64,000 nt of DNA from Alphaproteobacteria bacterium UBA1218. Lineage in GTDB: Bacteria > Pseudomonadota > Alphaproteobacteria > Rs-D84. Under the pieces are notes generated by a model, which was not told the DNA's origin, searched no databases, and worked only from the letters and a program-made list of their open reading frames with translations. Of this stretch, positions 29,435 through 38,402 are shown one piece after another; position 1 is the stretch's first letter, and each line of letters starts with the position of its first letter. The stretch spans positions 10,086 to 74,085 of the forward strand of contig DBXG01000023.1 of assembly GCA_002309215.1 (NCBI GenBank), in the 5' to 3' direction. A program made the position numbers and the translations under genes.

Positions 29435-31917
29435 TCTCTGATTCTGGCTAAATCATCCCATTCATGATATTTTTCGCCGACAGATTCGCGGTATTCATAT
29501 TCTGCGACAGTATTTCCGCTGTATTGCCCGAATAGTTCTTTGACTTTCTGAACAGTATTATCAATCATTTCTTGTGCAACAGAATCAGAATATTCTAACA
29601 AATCTAAATCACCATTTTTCAATTGTAAAAACTGTAAAATCGGCGTCATAGACACATCTGTCATTTTAACAGGGAATCCCCCAGATTGCATTATATATCC
29701 CTCCAAAGGCAATTGTGGCATAGTTCCGTCTAGCAGTTGTTTTTTTGTTGGTGCACTGCCTGTCTTTATATCCATCACTGTGCCGTCCCAGATTACATCA
29801 GCACGTGCACGAACATTACGCCCTGCTATACGCACAGAACCTGCGACTTCCTTGGTTCCACCAGGTTTAAGATGTTCTTCTATGAATGGTGCAATTTCAC
29901 AAAATCTTTTGTGCCAAAAATAAAATAAAATCGAATTTTTATCCAAAATTTGTTTTGCCCGTAAATCCATTTCACGAATTAAAACTTCAGCATCAAATGT
30001 TTTTGCGTTTTCTATCGTTTCATGAACCAGATTTCCAAAATTACGCGCATCCGGCAAAATCCAATAATCGTCGATTGGGCGCAATCTTAAAATATGTCGT
30101 GCATAAAAAGCGTATGGATTATGTATCAATAATTCAAGTTCTGTCACATAAACATCAGTCCTGTCAATCGGTGGCGTTGGCGCAGAATAATCCAAAGGTT
30201 TTGATTCAATATCATCGCGTTTCCGCACAGATTCTAAAATGTCTTTGCCGTCTTTTATATCCCCAACCGCCACACGCACACGCGATAAAAATCTGGATTC
30301 TGTTGTTAGATTTCCACCTGCTTGTTTGCTACGCAACCAATACACTTCTGCCCCACAAGATAAATTCATAAAATCAAGTGCCATCAAAGAAACCTTACGA
30401 TTCGGGGATGGCAAGCCAATCTTGTTTGCTATCGCGCGTGGCAACCAAGCATTTTCGTAGCCAATAGATGGAAACATACCTTCGTTTAAACCAGTCAATA
30501 TAACAACATCAGCGGTTTGCATACGCGATTCAATTGTTCCCAAAACACACACATGACAATCGTATGAAACGTTTGGTCGAATCGAAACTGTACCAATCGC
30601 ATCTGCAATAAAAGCACGTGCATCATGAATATCCAACGCTATACCATTAGCACACAAAATATCGGACAAATTTTTTATCGCCATCCAAACTGGAACATCT
30701 GCCTCATTATCTGTATTAAACACTGGTTGAAAAACATTTTTATCTTTTTCATCAACAAAACCGACCAACATATTGAAAATATTATAATCAGCCTTGGCAT
30801 ACAAAGTTTCATATTCAGACTGATTATTTTCAATCCAAAAATCAAATAAATTCAGAATCACACGCCCAACATCAGTCATATTTCCAGATATACCAGACGA
30901 AAAATCTGCGTTTATATTTAATCGTGCCATTTCAGATTTTATTCTTTGATTTCCTGCTGCATCAGGCGTAATAATTAAAACAGATTTATTGTCCAATACA
31001 GCGCGTTTTGCGATGTTGGCCGCAACAGAGGCCTCTTCACTTTCACGCGCGCATTCTATTAAAACACAATTATTTAATGTATCTGAACAATATTGACCCA
31101 TATTCCCAAATGCAATATTCATAATATCCATACAATCACTATTTCCAACATCTATTGTTTCAACATCATCAACAGACAAACCAATACGTTCTAGAAACTT
31201 ATATTCTGAATTATATGGATTCGTGTCCAATATAAAATCTTCTGATGCCCCAGATATACGACCAGATAAAATTATTTTCCCATTTTTTCGTTTTGCAACC
31301 TCTGCCATTAAATCTGCCGTAGCCGGCACAGATGCAGTAGAACCACACACCACAACCAATTCATAATTATCTAATTTTTTTATCCACGAACGGATATCAT
31401 GATTGCGTTTAGCACTGACGGTTAGTTTATCTGTTGGCAGTTGTTTCAATATATCTAATATTCTTGCTTTGTTTTGGAAATGCGTTGCATACTTATCGTC
31501 TATCAATGATGCCCAATTTATATCACAAATACTTACACCTTCGTTTTCCAAATAATCTTGCATACGGACGAAATCGTGGGCTATGGGCAATGCAGTCGAT
31601 ATATTAACAACATTTGCGTCCATCGATAACAGTTTAGATAATATTACTACGCGTTCTTGGTTTGATATTGTATCTGGGGCATATTCTTCATCATCAACAT
31701 CTTCTGGACCAGACCCCAAAGGCACTAAAAGTGGTAAAATCACAGCATGACCAACTTTATCAACAATCATACGTTCAATGCTGCGTACAGCACGTCTGCT
31801 GGGTAAAAAAATTAAAACACGTGAAAAATCGTCACCATATTGCGAAATCATATTCCACAATGCGTCCAGCATATATACCGGATTAGAAACATTAAAAACA
31901 TTATTATTTGATGCCAA
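29431..31917 (-). CDS. AddB-like double-strand-break repair nuclease (PD-(D/E)XK, RecB-family C-terminus)
   Basis: 828 aa. N-terminus resembles alphaproteobacterial-type AddB (no Walker A). C-terminal ...DVIWDGTVMDIKTG is a PD-(D/E)XK nuclease motif. Confidence 0.5.
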   Translation of the reverse strand: MASNNNVFNVSNPVYMLDALWNMISQYGDDFSRVLIFLPSRRAVRSIERMIVDKVGHAVILPLLVPLGSGPEDVDDEEYAPDTISNQERVVILSKLLSMDANVVNISTALPIAHDFVRMQDYLENEGVSICDINWASLIDDKYATHFQNKARILDILKQLPTDKLTVSAKRNHDIRSWIKKLDNYELVVVCGSTASVPATADLMAEVAKRKNGKIILSGRISGASEDFILDTNPYNSEYKFLERIGLSVDDVETIDVGNSDCMDIMNIAFGNMGQYCSDTLNNCVLIECARESEEASVAANIAKRAVLDNKSVLIITPDAAGNQRIKSEMARLNINADFSSGISGNMTDVGRVILNLFDFWIENNQSEYETLYAKADYNIFNMLVGFVDEKDKNVFQPVFNTDNEADVPVWMAIKNLSDILCANGIALDIHDARAFIADAIGTVSIRPNVSYDCHVCVLGTIESRMQTADVVILTGLNEGMFPSIGYENAWLPRAIANKIGLPSPNRKVSLMALDFMNLSCGAEVYWLRSKQAGGNLTTESRFLSRVRVAVGDIKDGKDILESVRKRDDIESKPLDYSAPTPPIDRTDVYVTELELLIHNPYAFYARHILRLRPIDDYWILPDARNFGNLVHETIENAKTFDAEVLIREMDLRAKQILDKNSILFYFWHKRFCEIAPFIEEHLKPGGTKEVAGSVRIAGRNVRARADVIWDGTVMDIKTGSAPTKKQLLDGTMPQLPLEGYIMQSGGFPVKMTDVSMTPILQFLQLKNGDLDLLEYSDSVAQEMIDNTVQKVKELFGQYSGNTVAEYEYRESVGEKYHEWDDLARIRD

Positions 31918-32458
31918 TAATATTCCTTATATCTTCCAAACCGTATTTCTTTTCTGCAGACGTTTCCAACACTTGTTCCACCATTGCAGGATGATTTTCG
32001 TGTGATATAATTGTCTGAGATTTTTCACGCACCCGCTTGTCTTTTTTCGTATAAACAATCTGATAGCAAATGCCGCTGTTATCACAAAAAGCCATTAAAT
32101 CCAAATCTGAATCTTTAACCCCAATACGCGAATCAATCAATATAAACAAACGACGCAATTGAGAACGATTTAATAAATATTCTTCCAGCCTGTTCAACCA
32201 ACGCAAAGCCTCTTCCTTAGACACACGTGCATAGCCGTATCCCGGTAAATCAACAATCATAATTCTGTCATCAACATTAAATAAATTCAGACTTTGTGTG
32301 CGCCCTGGTGTATTAGATGTTCGTGCCACAGGTTGTGCAACAATCGCATTTATGAGTGACGACTTACCAACATTACTGCGCCCAACAAAAGCATATTCAG
32401 AAAACTGCGTATTCGGCAGAGATTCTACTGTTTCAAAAGAACCAACAAATTTTATCAT
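31904..32458 (-). CDS. engB: ribosome biogenesis GTP-binding protein YihA/EngB
   Basis: 184 aa with GRSNVGKSSLINA P-loop. Confidence 0.85.
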   Translation of the reverse strand: MIKFVGSFETVESLPNTQFSEYAFVGRSNVGKSSLINAIVAQPVARTSNTPGRTQSLNLFNVDDRIMIVDLPGYGYARVSKEEALRWLNRLEEYLLNRSQLRRLFILIDSRIGVKDSDLDLMAFCDNSGICYQIVYTKKDKRVREKSQTIISHENHPAMVEQVLETSAEKKYGLEDIRNIIGIK

Positions 32459-33243
32459 TATTTATTCACCAATTTTTTATACGCTTCTTTTTTTGATATA
32501 CCTGCCCGCGCAGCCAATGATGCAGCCGCAGATTTTGTTGACCCAGATACAATATCATTAACAATTTCGCTGATTTCTTCATCAGACATTTTTTTATCTG
32601 GCGCAGGCGCAACCACGATAACTATTTCACCGCGCGGTGCTTCAATATTCACCAAATCAGCCGGATAGCCAATTATTGTTTCTTCATAAATCTTTGTGAT
32701 TTCACGCACAATCGCAATTTGACGCTCTGGCATAACCGACGCTAAAACTTTTATTGTGTTTATAACCCGATTCGGACTTTCATAATAAATAATTGTATGA
32801 CGAATTTTGTTATCTTCGCGTACTTTCTTTTCATCAAAGAAACCGCAAAAAGTAAATCTATCTGTCGGAAAGCCAGATAAAACCAGCGCAGATATTACAG
32901 CAGTCGCCCCAGGCACAACGAACACATCAACCCCTGCCCCACGCGCAGCACGCACCAAACGAAACCCCGGGTCGCTGATACCAGGCATACCCGCATCACT
33001 AACTGTCGCAATCGACATACCGTCTTGAATTTTTTGCACCAAAGAATCAACAATATTTTTTTCGTTATGTTCATGACAAGACACAACCTTGGTCTTGATG
33101 TCAAAATGCTTGGCTAACTTTGCAAACACGCGCGTATCTTCGGCTGCAATTAAATCAACAGAACGTAAAACTTCTATCGCACGTGGCGACATATCAGATA
33201 AATTTCCAATTGGTGTTCCAACAACATAAAGCCCTGATTGCAT
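32458..33243 (-). CDS. rsmI: 16S rRNA (cytidine1402-2'-O)-methyltransferase RsmI
   Basis: LYVVGTPIGNLSDMSPRA N-terminus (tetrapyrrole-methylase fold). ATG at 33243 has AAGGA upstream. Confidence 0.85.
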   Translation of the reverse strand: MQSGLYVVGTPIGNLSDMSPRAIEVLRSVDLIAAEDTRVFAKLAKHFDIKTKVVSCHEHNEKNIVDSLVQKIQDGMSIATVSDAGMPGISDPGFRLVRAARGAGVDVFVVPGATAVISALVLSGFPTDRFTFCGFFDEKKVREDNKIRHTIIYYESPNRVINTIKVLASVMPERQIAIVREITKIYEETIIGYPADLVNIEAPRGEIVIVVAPAPDKKMSDEEISEIVNDIVSGSTKSAAASLAARAGISKKEAYKKLVNK

Positions 33244-33293
33244 TTTGTATCCTTTTATAGTAGAATAATACCATATAAAAAATAGGTTTTTCA

Positions 33294-34919
33294 ATGCATA
33301 TGAATAAATTTTTGTTTTTTATCGGTGTTTCGCTTACCTTAGCAGGCTGTGGCGGCACTAAATCAGGTCATTGGTATGGCGAATACGATGAATCGGCTGT
33401 ATCTATGCCACAGAATGTTCGCGATGCATATCTGCAATCTACATCACTTTATGGTTCAGACGACGGGGGTCGCAACGCAAATATCGCCGTATTATTGCCT
33501 ATGACCGGCGAATCAAAGGCAACTGGAAACGACATAAAAACATCTATTGAAACAGCGTTTTTACAAAAAACAAAACCAAACGTAAAAATATCTTTCTATG
33601 ATTTATCTGGCGACAAAATGAAACGCAATACAATTTTGCAAAATGTTGTTGCCACAAATCCAGACATAATTATCGGACCATTATTCGCAGACGACACAAA
33701 AACTCTGCGCGATATTAAACCAACCCGTATGCCAGTACTGTCATTTACTTCTGATGTATTGTCATTGGGCAACGGGGTCATGACTATGAATATCGTCCCA
33801 AGCCAGAGCATTGAAACCATTGTTCAACAAATGCAAACAGACGGGGCACAAAATATAATTGTACTGGCGCCAAATAATACATCTGGCAAAGTGATGGCAT
33901 CTGTCGCAAATCAAACCACGGATTTATACAATATAAATATCAATGGCCTGTTCTATTATGATTCTGGAAATTCAGATTCTATCAAAGATGTTGCAATGCG
34001 TGCCTCGATGCATAACACCAGAAAGGCAGTGAACACACGCGCACGTGAAATATTGTCCGACATTTTGACCAAGGAAAAAAATATCCCAAGCAACACCAGA
34101 TATAGTTTATATAAACAATTGGAAAAGATTTCACGAAATGAAACCACTGGAAAACTGCCGTATGACGCGATTTTATTCCTGGGCGACGGCGAAGATTCCA
34201 AGGCTTTGATATCCTTCTTGCGCTATTATGGCGTTGGCAATCGTGATGTCGCATTATACGGAACAACATTGTGGCAGCATTCGGATATTGCATCTGATTT
34301 CGCACTGAGTGGTGCTAAATACGCAACCTTGCCTGAAATATCCGAAGAATTCGATAATATGTACACATTGGTTGCTGGTAAAAAACCTGATTATTTGGCT
34401 GCATTTGGATATGACGCGACTAATCTAGCACTTGGTATGTTATATTCTTCTAAATCAGAAACAGCATATTTATTGGACCCCAGCGGTTATATCGGTTCAA
34501 ACGGTGTCTTTCGTATTCAGCCGTCTGGCGAATCGGAACATGCTTTGCGTATAATGTCACTAAACGGTTCCGGAACACCAAATATATTCCAAGAAGCACC
34601 AACAAACTTCCTGAAACCGCTGTATAGCGTTCATATTTCTGAATTACAATCTGTCCCTGAAAAACCAATTGCAACAAAAGGGATAAACCCTGGCGATTAC
34701 ATAACAATACCTGAAAATCTGCGTAAAAAAGCAGAATATAAAACAAAACCGTTAGGTGCAAATTATATATCTGAAACCCAAGAAATTGCGGACAACAACG
34801 AACCAATTCAGATTTATGCATCTGACGATGATGAAACAATATCAAACCCTGAATGGTCGCCTGTAAAATTGGACCATGTATCTCGTGAATATATAGATAG
34901 TATAGAGGTATCAGAATAA
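33294..34919 (+). CDS. periplasmic-binding-protein-fold lipoprotein (LpoA-like / penicillin-binding-protein-activator family)
   Basis: 541 aa. Lipobox LTLAGC, type-1 PBP fold, divergent from rsmI as lpoA is in enterics. Confidence 0.5.
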   Translation: MHMNKFLFFIGVSLTLAGCGGTKSGHWYGEYDESAVSMPQNVRDAYLQSTSLYGSDDGGRNANIAVLLPMTGESKATGNDIKTSIETAFLQKTKPNVKISFYDLSGDKMKRNTILQNVVATNPDIIIGPLFADDTKTLRDIKPTRMPVLSFTSDVLSLGNGVMTMNIVPSQSIETIVQQMQTDGAQNIIVLAPNNTSGKVMASVANQTTDLYNININGLFYYDSGNSDSIKDVAMRASMHNTRKAVNTRAREILSDILTKEKNIPSNTRYSLYKQLEKISRNETTGKLPYDAILFLGDGEDSKALISFLRYYGVGNRDVALYGTTLWQHSDIASDFALSGAKYATLPEISEEFDNMYTLVAGKKPDYLAAFGYDATNLALGMLYSSKSETAYLLDPSGYIGSNGVFRIQPSGESEHALRIMSLNGSGTPNIFQEAPTNFLKPLYSVHISELQSVPEKPIATKGINPGDYITIPENLRKKAEYKTKPLGANYISETQEIADNNEPIQIYASDDDETISNPEWSPVKLDHVSREYIDSIEVSE

Positions 34920-34972
34920 ACACTTGCGTTTATAAAAAAATAAGATATAATCAGGTGGCCTAAAGAATTATA

Positions 34973-35047
34973 GCGAGCATAGTTCAAAGGCTAGAATGCA
35001 AGCCTTCCAAGCTTGAAATGAGGGTTCGATTCCCTCTGCTCGCACCA
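34973..35047 (+). tRNA. tRNA-Gly (anticodon UCC)
   Basis: Hand-folded cloverleaf. Acceptor GCGAGCA/TGCTCGC, D stem GTTC/GAAT, anticodon stem CAAGC/GCTTG with loop CTTCCAA, T arm GAGGG-TTCGATT-CCCTC, CCA encoded. Confidence 0.85.
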
Positions 35048-35050
35048 CGG

Positions 35051-35092
35051 ATTTTGGTTATCGCGTGCAAAAGCACACGATTATAAAAATCC
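35051..35092 (+). other. nested inverted-repeat hairpin immediately 3' of tRNA-Gly (GGATTTT...AAAATCC around GCGTGC-AAAA-GCACACG)
   Basis: Seen directly. Probably a processing or termination structure between the two tRNA genes. Confidence 0.4.
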
Positions 35093-35142
35093 AGTGTCAC
35101 GCCGTAGCAACCTGTTATTGGCGAAGGCGGACAAAAAATAAA

Positions 35143-35228
35143 AAGTTTCGGGCGCGCGCCGGAGTCGGAGAGCCGGGGCAGACTGTAAATCTGTTGTCTT
35201 TGACTGAGGTGGTTCGACTCCACCCGCT
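35143..35228 (+). tRNA. tRNA-Tyr-like (anticodon GUA), type II with long variable arm
   Basis: Anticodon stem GCAGA/TCTGT with loop CTGTAAA. D stem CCGG/CCGG with A14 and G18G19. Variable hairpin GTC-TTT-GAC. T arm GGTGG-TTCGACT-CCACC, A73 and CCA. Caveats are a C4:U69 mismatch in the acceptor stem and C at position 8. Confidence 0.6.
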
Positions 35229-35241
35229 CCCACCACGAAAA

Positions 35242-35275
35242 ATTGTTAGCCCGCACAAAAAAGTGCGGGCTTAAA
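35242..35275 (+). terminator. hairpin GCCCGCAC-AAAAAA-GTGCGGGC followed by a T-rich run
   Basis: Sits 14 nt after the tRNA-Tyr CCA. Plausible intrinsic terminator. Confidence 0.5.
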
Positions 35276-35416
35276 ATTTTTCAGTGCCGCGCCGTAGCAT
35301 TTGTTCAAGACAAAAGAAAACAATTCACAATTAGCGGCGTAGGCGGGCAAAATAATACTTATATTCGCCACGATTGACGCGCAGCCGGCACAAATTGCCG
35401 TGCGAGCGAGTCCACC
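35276..35416 (+). pseudogene. decayed tandem duplicate of the tRNA-Tyr unit
   Basis: Direct repeat of CAGTGyCrCGCCGTAGCA (35092 vs 35276) and of the tRNA 3' end GAsTCCACCCGCyCCC (35209 vs 35401). The middle is divergent and no cloverleaf can be drawn. Confidence 0.35.
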
Positions 35417-35447
35417 CGCCCCCTATTTTTCCTATCATCGAATAATC

Positions 35448-35717
35448 TTACTTCTTAACACATGATTTAATTATCATGTACAATATTATCATATTGAATA
35501 TCAAAGTGATAATGTTAAATAACACTATCTGAAATGAATGTAGGTATACACCATAAAGAATCCAAAAAATCAAACCTATGCAATATATGATATACATATA
35601 CAAAGACAAACCTGATACATTTTTTGTAACAATAGATTTTATTGCCTGTGGTAAAAACGCAAGAGTTGTGCACATACCAGATAAATAACCTATGATTTCG
35701 CCCCAAAAACTGTTCAT
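35448..35717 (-). CDS. SemiSWEET / PQ-loop small membrane transporter
   Basis: 89 aa, 3 TM helices, conserved LPQ motif in TM1. Confidence 0.55.
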   Translation of the reverse strand: MNSFWGEIIGYLSGMCTTLAFLPQAIKSIVTKNVSGLSLYMYIIYCIGLIFWILYGVYLHSFQIVLFNIITLIFNMIILYMIIKSCVKK

Positions 35718-35770
35718 AAAAGCTCCATTTAACTTATACTAATTGTTATTCATTGTAATATACAAACACC

Positions 35771-35796
35771 AAAGAAACCGTCGCACAGGCGGTTTT
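35771..35796 (-). terminator. hairpin AAACCG-loop-CGGTTT downstream of the flavodoxin gene
   Basis: Stem-loop with flanking T/A runs. Confidence 0.5.
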
Positions 35797-35799
35797 TAT

Positions 35800-36360
35800 T
35801 TACATCTGTTCATTCGCCCAAGCTTTCAATTCTGCCCCAGACACATCTGTCGAAAAACGTTTACCGGTTAAAACCTTTGCACCTGGCGCCAAAGCCTGTA
35901 TATTTGCGGCCGCTTCATCAGTATTTGGCGTGCTACCTGACGTAGCAAAAGGAATAATTGTTTTTCCATCAAAATTATAACTGCCGATGAATGTATTTAT
36001 TATGGCTGGTTCACGCCCCCACCAAATTGGAAAACCGACAAATACAGTTTTATATTGTGCAAAATCTTTTATGTTCGACGCAATCGCAGGTCTGGAATCT
36101 TTATCAGCCATTTCAATTGAAGAACGACTTTTATCATTACGCCAATTCAAATCATCAGCCGTATAAATTTGTTCTGGTTCGATTGCAAACAAATCAGCAT
36201 CTATTTCTTTTGCTAATTTTTCCGCCACAGATTTGGTATTCCCAGTGGCACTGAAATACGCAACCAGCACCCTATCCGATTTTGTTGTATGTGTCCGCAC
36301 AACCGCAAAAACACCAAGAACTGCAATAATCACAGCCAATACATATAATAAACTTTTCAT
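35800..36360 (-). CDS. flavodoxin-family protein with N-terminal signal/anchor
   Basis: YFSATGNTKSVAEKLA FMN-binding motif and short-chain flavodoxin length. Start taken at MKSLLYVLAVI. Confidence 0.55.
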   Translation of the reverse strand: MKSLLYVLAVIIAVLGVFAVVRTHTTKSDRVLVAYFSATGNTKSVAEKLAKEIDADLFAIEPEQIYTADDLNWRNDKSRSSIEMADKDSRPAIASNIKDFAQYKTVFVGFPIWWGREPAIINTFIGSYNFDGKTIIPFATSGSTPNTDEAAANIQALAPGAKVLTGKRFSTDVSGAELKAWANEQM

Positions 36361-36397
36361 TTTATTTCTCCTTTTGCTTCCACACATTATATCATAA

Positions 36398-36425
36398 AAA
36401 ACCCGTCAATTCGACGAGTTTTTTA
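36398..36425 (-). terminator. hairpin CCCGTCAATTCGACGGG with T-run, downstream of the hydrolase gene
   Basis: Seen directly. Confidence 0.5.
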
Positions 36426-37271
36426 TTTTGATCTTATATCTCGCATTTGTTTAATAAACTTTATCGAACGGCTACGCATATCTTTTGCAACATTATCAGG
36501 GATACCAAAATGCTTAACATTTTCATATATTTTAACATCTGCCTGAATATCATCAACAAAGGACACATCTTTTGGCATTTGCGAGTTAAATTTTTCACAC
36601 CACTTTTTGACATAAGCCACAGGAGAAATTATATCTTTGGAACCGATAAAAAAACGAACCCCTGTGTTTCCCAAAAGATTTTTCTTGCTCATCGCCTTTG
36701 CATGATTTGCATAAAAATCTTTTATCAACGCTTTTGTCGCCGGTCTTATAGGCACCTTTAACATTTTCAATGTCAAACCAGGCACCAGTTTTAACAAACA
36801 AGACCAAGGCTTAAATTTATCTATCACAAACGGAGACATCAACGCCATCGATTCGGGTAAGATAATATTTTGTTCCAAAGCCATCAAAGAAACAATCGCA
36901 CCATAACTATTTGCTGCTATGGCAATATGTTTGGTATCAACCTTATCAGATAAAGTCAAAGCATAATCCCAAACTGTTTTCAAATCTTTGATACCCGAAG
37001 AAAAATTGACATCTTCTATATTTCCTTCGCTTTTATTTTGTTTTTCACCATGCCCCATAAAATTAAATTGCAAGGTAGAAAAACCTGCATCTTGATAATC
37101 CGCAGCCAACTTTTGCTGGGTATCTTTATCCATATGAGAATGCAAACCAGTCACGATGATAACCAATTGATGATGCGCATTCACATGTTGTGGATGAACG
37201 AGCCTCAATCTGATACGCCGTTTTTCTTCTGAAACTTGTAACCAGAATTCTGTTTTACTCATAATCTGCAT
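36423..37271 (-). CDS. alpha/beta-hydrolase-fold serine hydrolase
   Basis: About 280 aa. Nucleophile elbow AANSYG (GxSxG-like) and HG oxyanion motif. The track ORF extends upstream and overlaps the next small ORF, so the start was trimmed to MQIMSKTEF. Confidence 0.55.
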   Translation of the reverse strand: MQIMSKTEFWLQVSEEKRRIRLRLVHPQHVNAHHQLVIIVTGLHSHMDKDTQQKLAADYQDAGFSTLQFNFMGHGEKQNKSEGNIEDVNFSSGIKDLKTVWDYALTLSDKVDTKHIAIAANSYGAIVSLMALEQNIILPESMALMSPFVIDKFKPWSCLLKLVPGLTLKMLKVPIRPATKALIKDFYANHAKAMSKKNLLGNTGVRFFIGSKDIISPVAYVKKWCEKFNSQMPKDVSFVDDIQADVKIYENVKHFGIPDNVAKDMRSRSIKFIKQMRDIRSK

Positions 37272-37287
37272 TACCAAAACTGTATTT

Positions 37288-37536
37288 TTATCTGACTTCT
37301 TGATTTGTTTTACTTTTATTTGACACAGACTGTTCAATTTTAGCAACCAAATCTTCTTCGTTTTTTCCATATACGCTGTATCTTGTATTGCCCATTGGCT
37401 GAGCCATACAACCAACCAATTGATAGTTGATATCATAAACCTCATATACAAACCAAGTCTGATCCGTGACAGTCTTTACATGTAAAAACTTTTTATGTTG
37501 TATAGAATTCATTTTATTGTCTCTTTGTTTGTCCAA
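37288..37536 (-). CDS. small hypothetical protein (about 75-82 aa)
   Basis: ORF lying between the kinase-like and hydrolase genes. No family recognised. Confidence 0.3.
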   Translation of the reverse strand: MDKQRDNKMNSIQHKKFLHVKTVTDQTWFVYEVYDINYQLVGCMAQPMGNTRYSVYGKNEEDLVAKIEQSVSNKSKTNQEVR

Positions 37537-37652
37537 ACCTTTACAAGTATAGCACCACGTTTTTTTGCGTCAAGACGTTTGTTGAGACACAACGCACAAT
37601 TATCCTTGTATTTTATTCATTGTATTGATAATATTCCTATTAAGAGCACAAA

Positions 37653-38369
37653 ATGTATAGAATACCATTTCTTATTGGGCAAATATTATCTTATTTTGTT
37701 CCCGGAACCCATGCCAGACGACGGGTTCGCGGTATGGTGAATCGATTTTTCTTCTATATACCGATTGCATGTTTTACCAAAAAAATATATGGCGTAAAAG
37801 CAAAACGAATTCGCTTTGTTCGTCAAATCAACATGAACCGTGCAACCTTTGTTGTAAACAACAGATACTATGTAAAAATATTCCGCAACGTGTCTATAAG
37901 CAGATTATATGCATATAAATATCTTTTGGATTTTATCAGACCACGTCTTGATATGCATATTCCAAAAATTTTCATCGCAAAACATATTTCTATGTATGTA
38001 GCAGACACCCTGCCCGGCACAATTCTTTGTAATTGCGATAAATCACAAGTCTTAAAACACGAAAGAAAGATAAAATCCCAGGTTATAAATATGATAAATG
38101 CACTGAAAGCAATTCGCCCACAAACAATACTAAATTACGAAATGTTCACTGTTGAGTTGCAACCTCAACACATTCAACCAAAAGTAAAAGTAAATAAGAA
38201 CTCGGTATTGGCCCACAATGATTTGAACGCAAGCAATATACTGCTAGATGATAAATTTAATGTTATCAGCATTATCGATTGGGATTCTTTGTCTATTGTC
38301 CAGAATCCTGATGCAGACATTGAAAGTTTTGAACGATTATGGTCAATCTATAAACAATCAAACAAGTAA
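37653..38369 (+). CDS. APH/choline-kinase-family phosphotransferase (putative)
   Basis: HNDLNASNILLD catalytic loop (Brenner motif) followed by IIDWD. The N-terminus is uncertain. Confidence 0.45.
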   Translation: MYRIPFLIGQILSYFVPGTHARRRVRGMVNRFFFYIPIACFTKKIYGVKAKRIRFVRQINMNRATFVVNNRYYVKIFRNVSISRLYAYKYLLDFIRPRLDMHIPKIFIAKHISMYVADTLPGTILCNCDKSQVLKHERKIKSQVINMINALKAIRPQTILNYEMFTVELQPQHIQPKVKVNKNSVLAHNDLNASNILLDDKFNVISIIDWDSLSIVQNPDADIESFERLWSIYKQSNK

Positions 38370-38402
38370 ATCATATTTGTGAAATGAACCAAGGATACAA
38401 AG

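Noticed and set aside
35051-35430. Possible permuted two-piece tmRNA (ssrA). The region has a T-arm plus acceptor-like 3' end with CCA at 35201-35228, a second similar 3' end at 35401-35416, and a ...SQLAA-stop mini frame at about 35312-35332.
   Set aside because: The CCA-ending structure folds as a complete tRNA with a GUA anticodon arm and a D arm with A14/G18G19. No GGGG-type 5' acceptor strand complementary to CGCTCCC exists downstream. Position 70 is C, not the G3:U70 expected for a tmRNA acceptor stem charged by AlaRS. The LAA frame lies in what looks like a decayed tRNA copy.
34950-35450. Integrase/att site of a genomic island at the tRNA locus.
   Set aside because: No integrase or excisionase ORF occurs within 10 kb. 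The duplicated tRNA 3' end is only about 185 nt away and is part of a larger tandem duplication that includes the 5' flank. It is therefore not an attL/attR pair flanking an island.
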